Source: Octopus bimaculoides | Taxonomy: Eukaryota | Assembly: GCF_001194135.2 (NCBI RefSeq) | Contig: NC_068986.1 | Coordinates: 97,686,726 to 97,750,725 of the forward strand | Length of the DNA: 64,000 nt | Direction of reading: 5' to 3' | In this document: piece by piece, positions 63,961 through 64,000 of the stretch | Numbering within the stretch: the first letter of the stretch is position 1 | Layout: each line of letters starts with the position of its first letter | The notes under the pieces: generated by a model | What the model saw: only the letters and a program-made list of their open reading frames with translations | What the model was told of the DNA's origin: nothing | Databases searched by the model: none | Made by a program: the position numbers and the translations under genes

Positions 63961-64000
63961 GGTGAGGTAAAATGTCAGAAGGAATATCATAAGACATTGT

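Noticed and set aside
1-64000. CRISPR array or prokaryotic operon
   Set aside because: No regularly spaced repeat-spacer units and no gene-dense region; the sequence is eukaryotic repeat-rich DNA.

Overview
Eukaryotic, AT-rich, repeat-dominated scaffold segment. The SINE families and microsatellite load resemble an octopus/cephalopod genome (inference from remembered repeat sequences, no search run). There are 13 N-gaps totalling about 5.4 kb, nearly all flanked by microsatellites, and these generate most of the long ORFs in the track. No intact host gene, rRNA, true tRNA or CRISPR array is supportable. The recognisable coding sequence is decayed transposon: a Ty3/Gypsy remnant, three R4/Dong-type (RLE) LINE pieces, a near-full-length RTE LINE, a CR1/L2-type endonuclease, a Buster-type hAT, Tigger, a rearranged mariner and a probable piggyBac fossil. 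About 20 tRNA-derived SINE copies are also present. The most interesting structure is a TSD-flanked insertion at 38269-39974. It combines a tRNA-like Pol III head, an (AAT)n tract and Penelope-type inverted termini that each carry a hammerhead ribozyme (one intact), so it is a candidate ribozyme-bearing, Penelope-mobilised SINE. It sits inside one LINE and is itself interrupted by another. Further hammerhead-like motifs, a long-TIR foldback MITE, SINE-in-SINE dimers and a weak chain of phase-compatible plus-strand exons are also reported.
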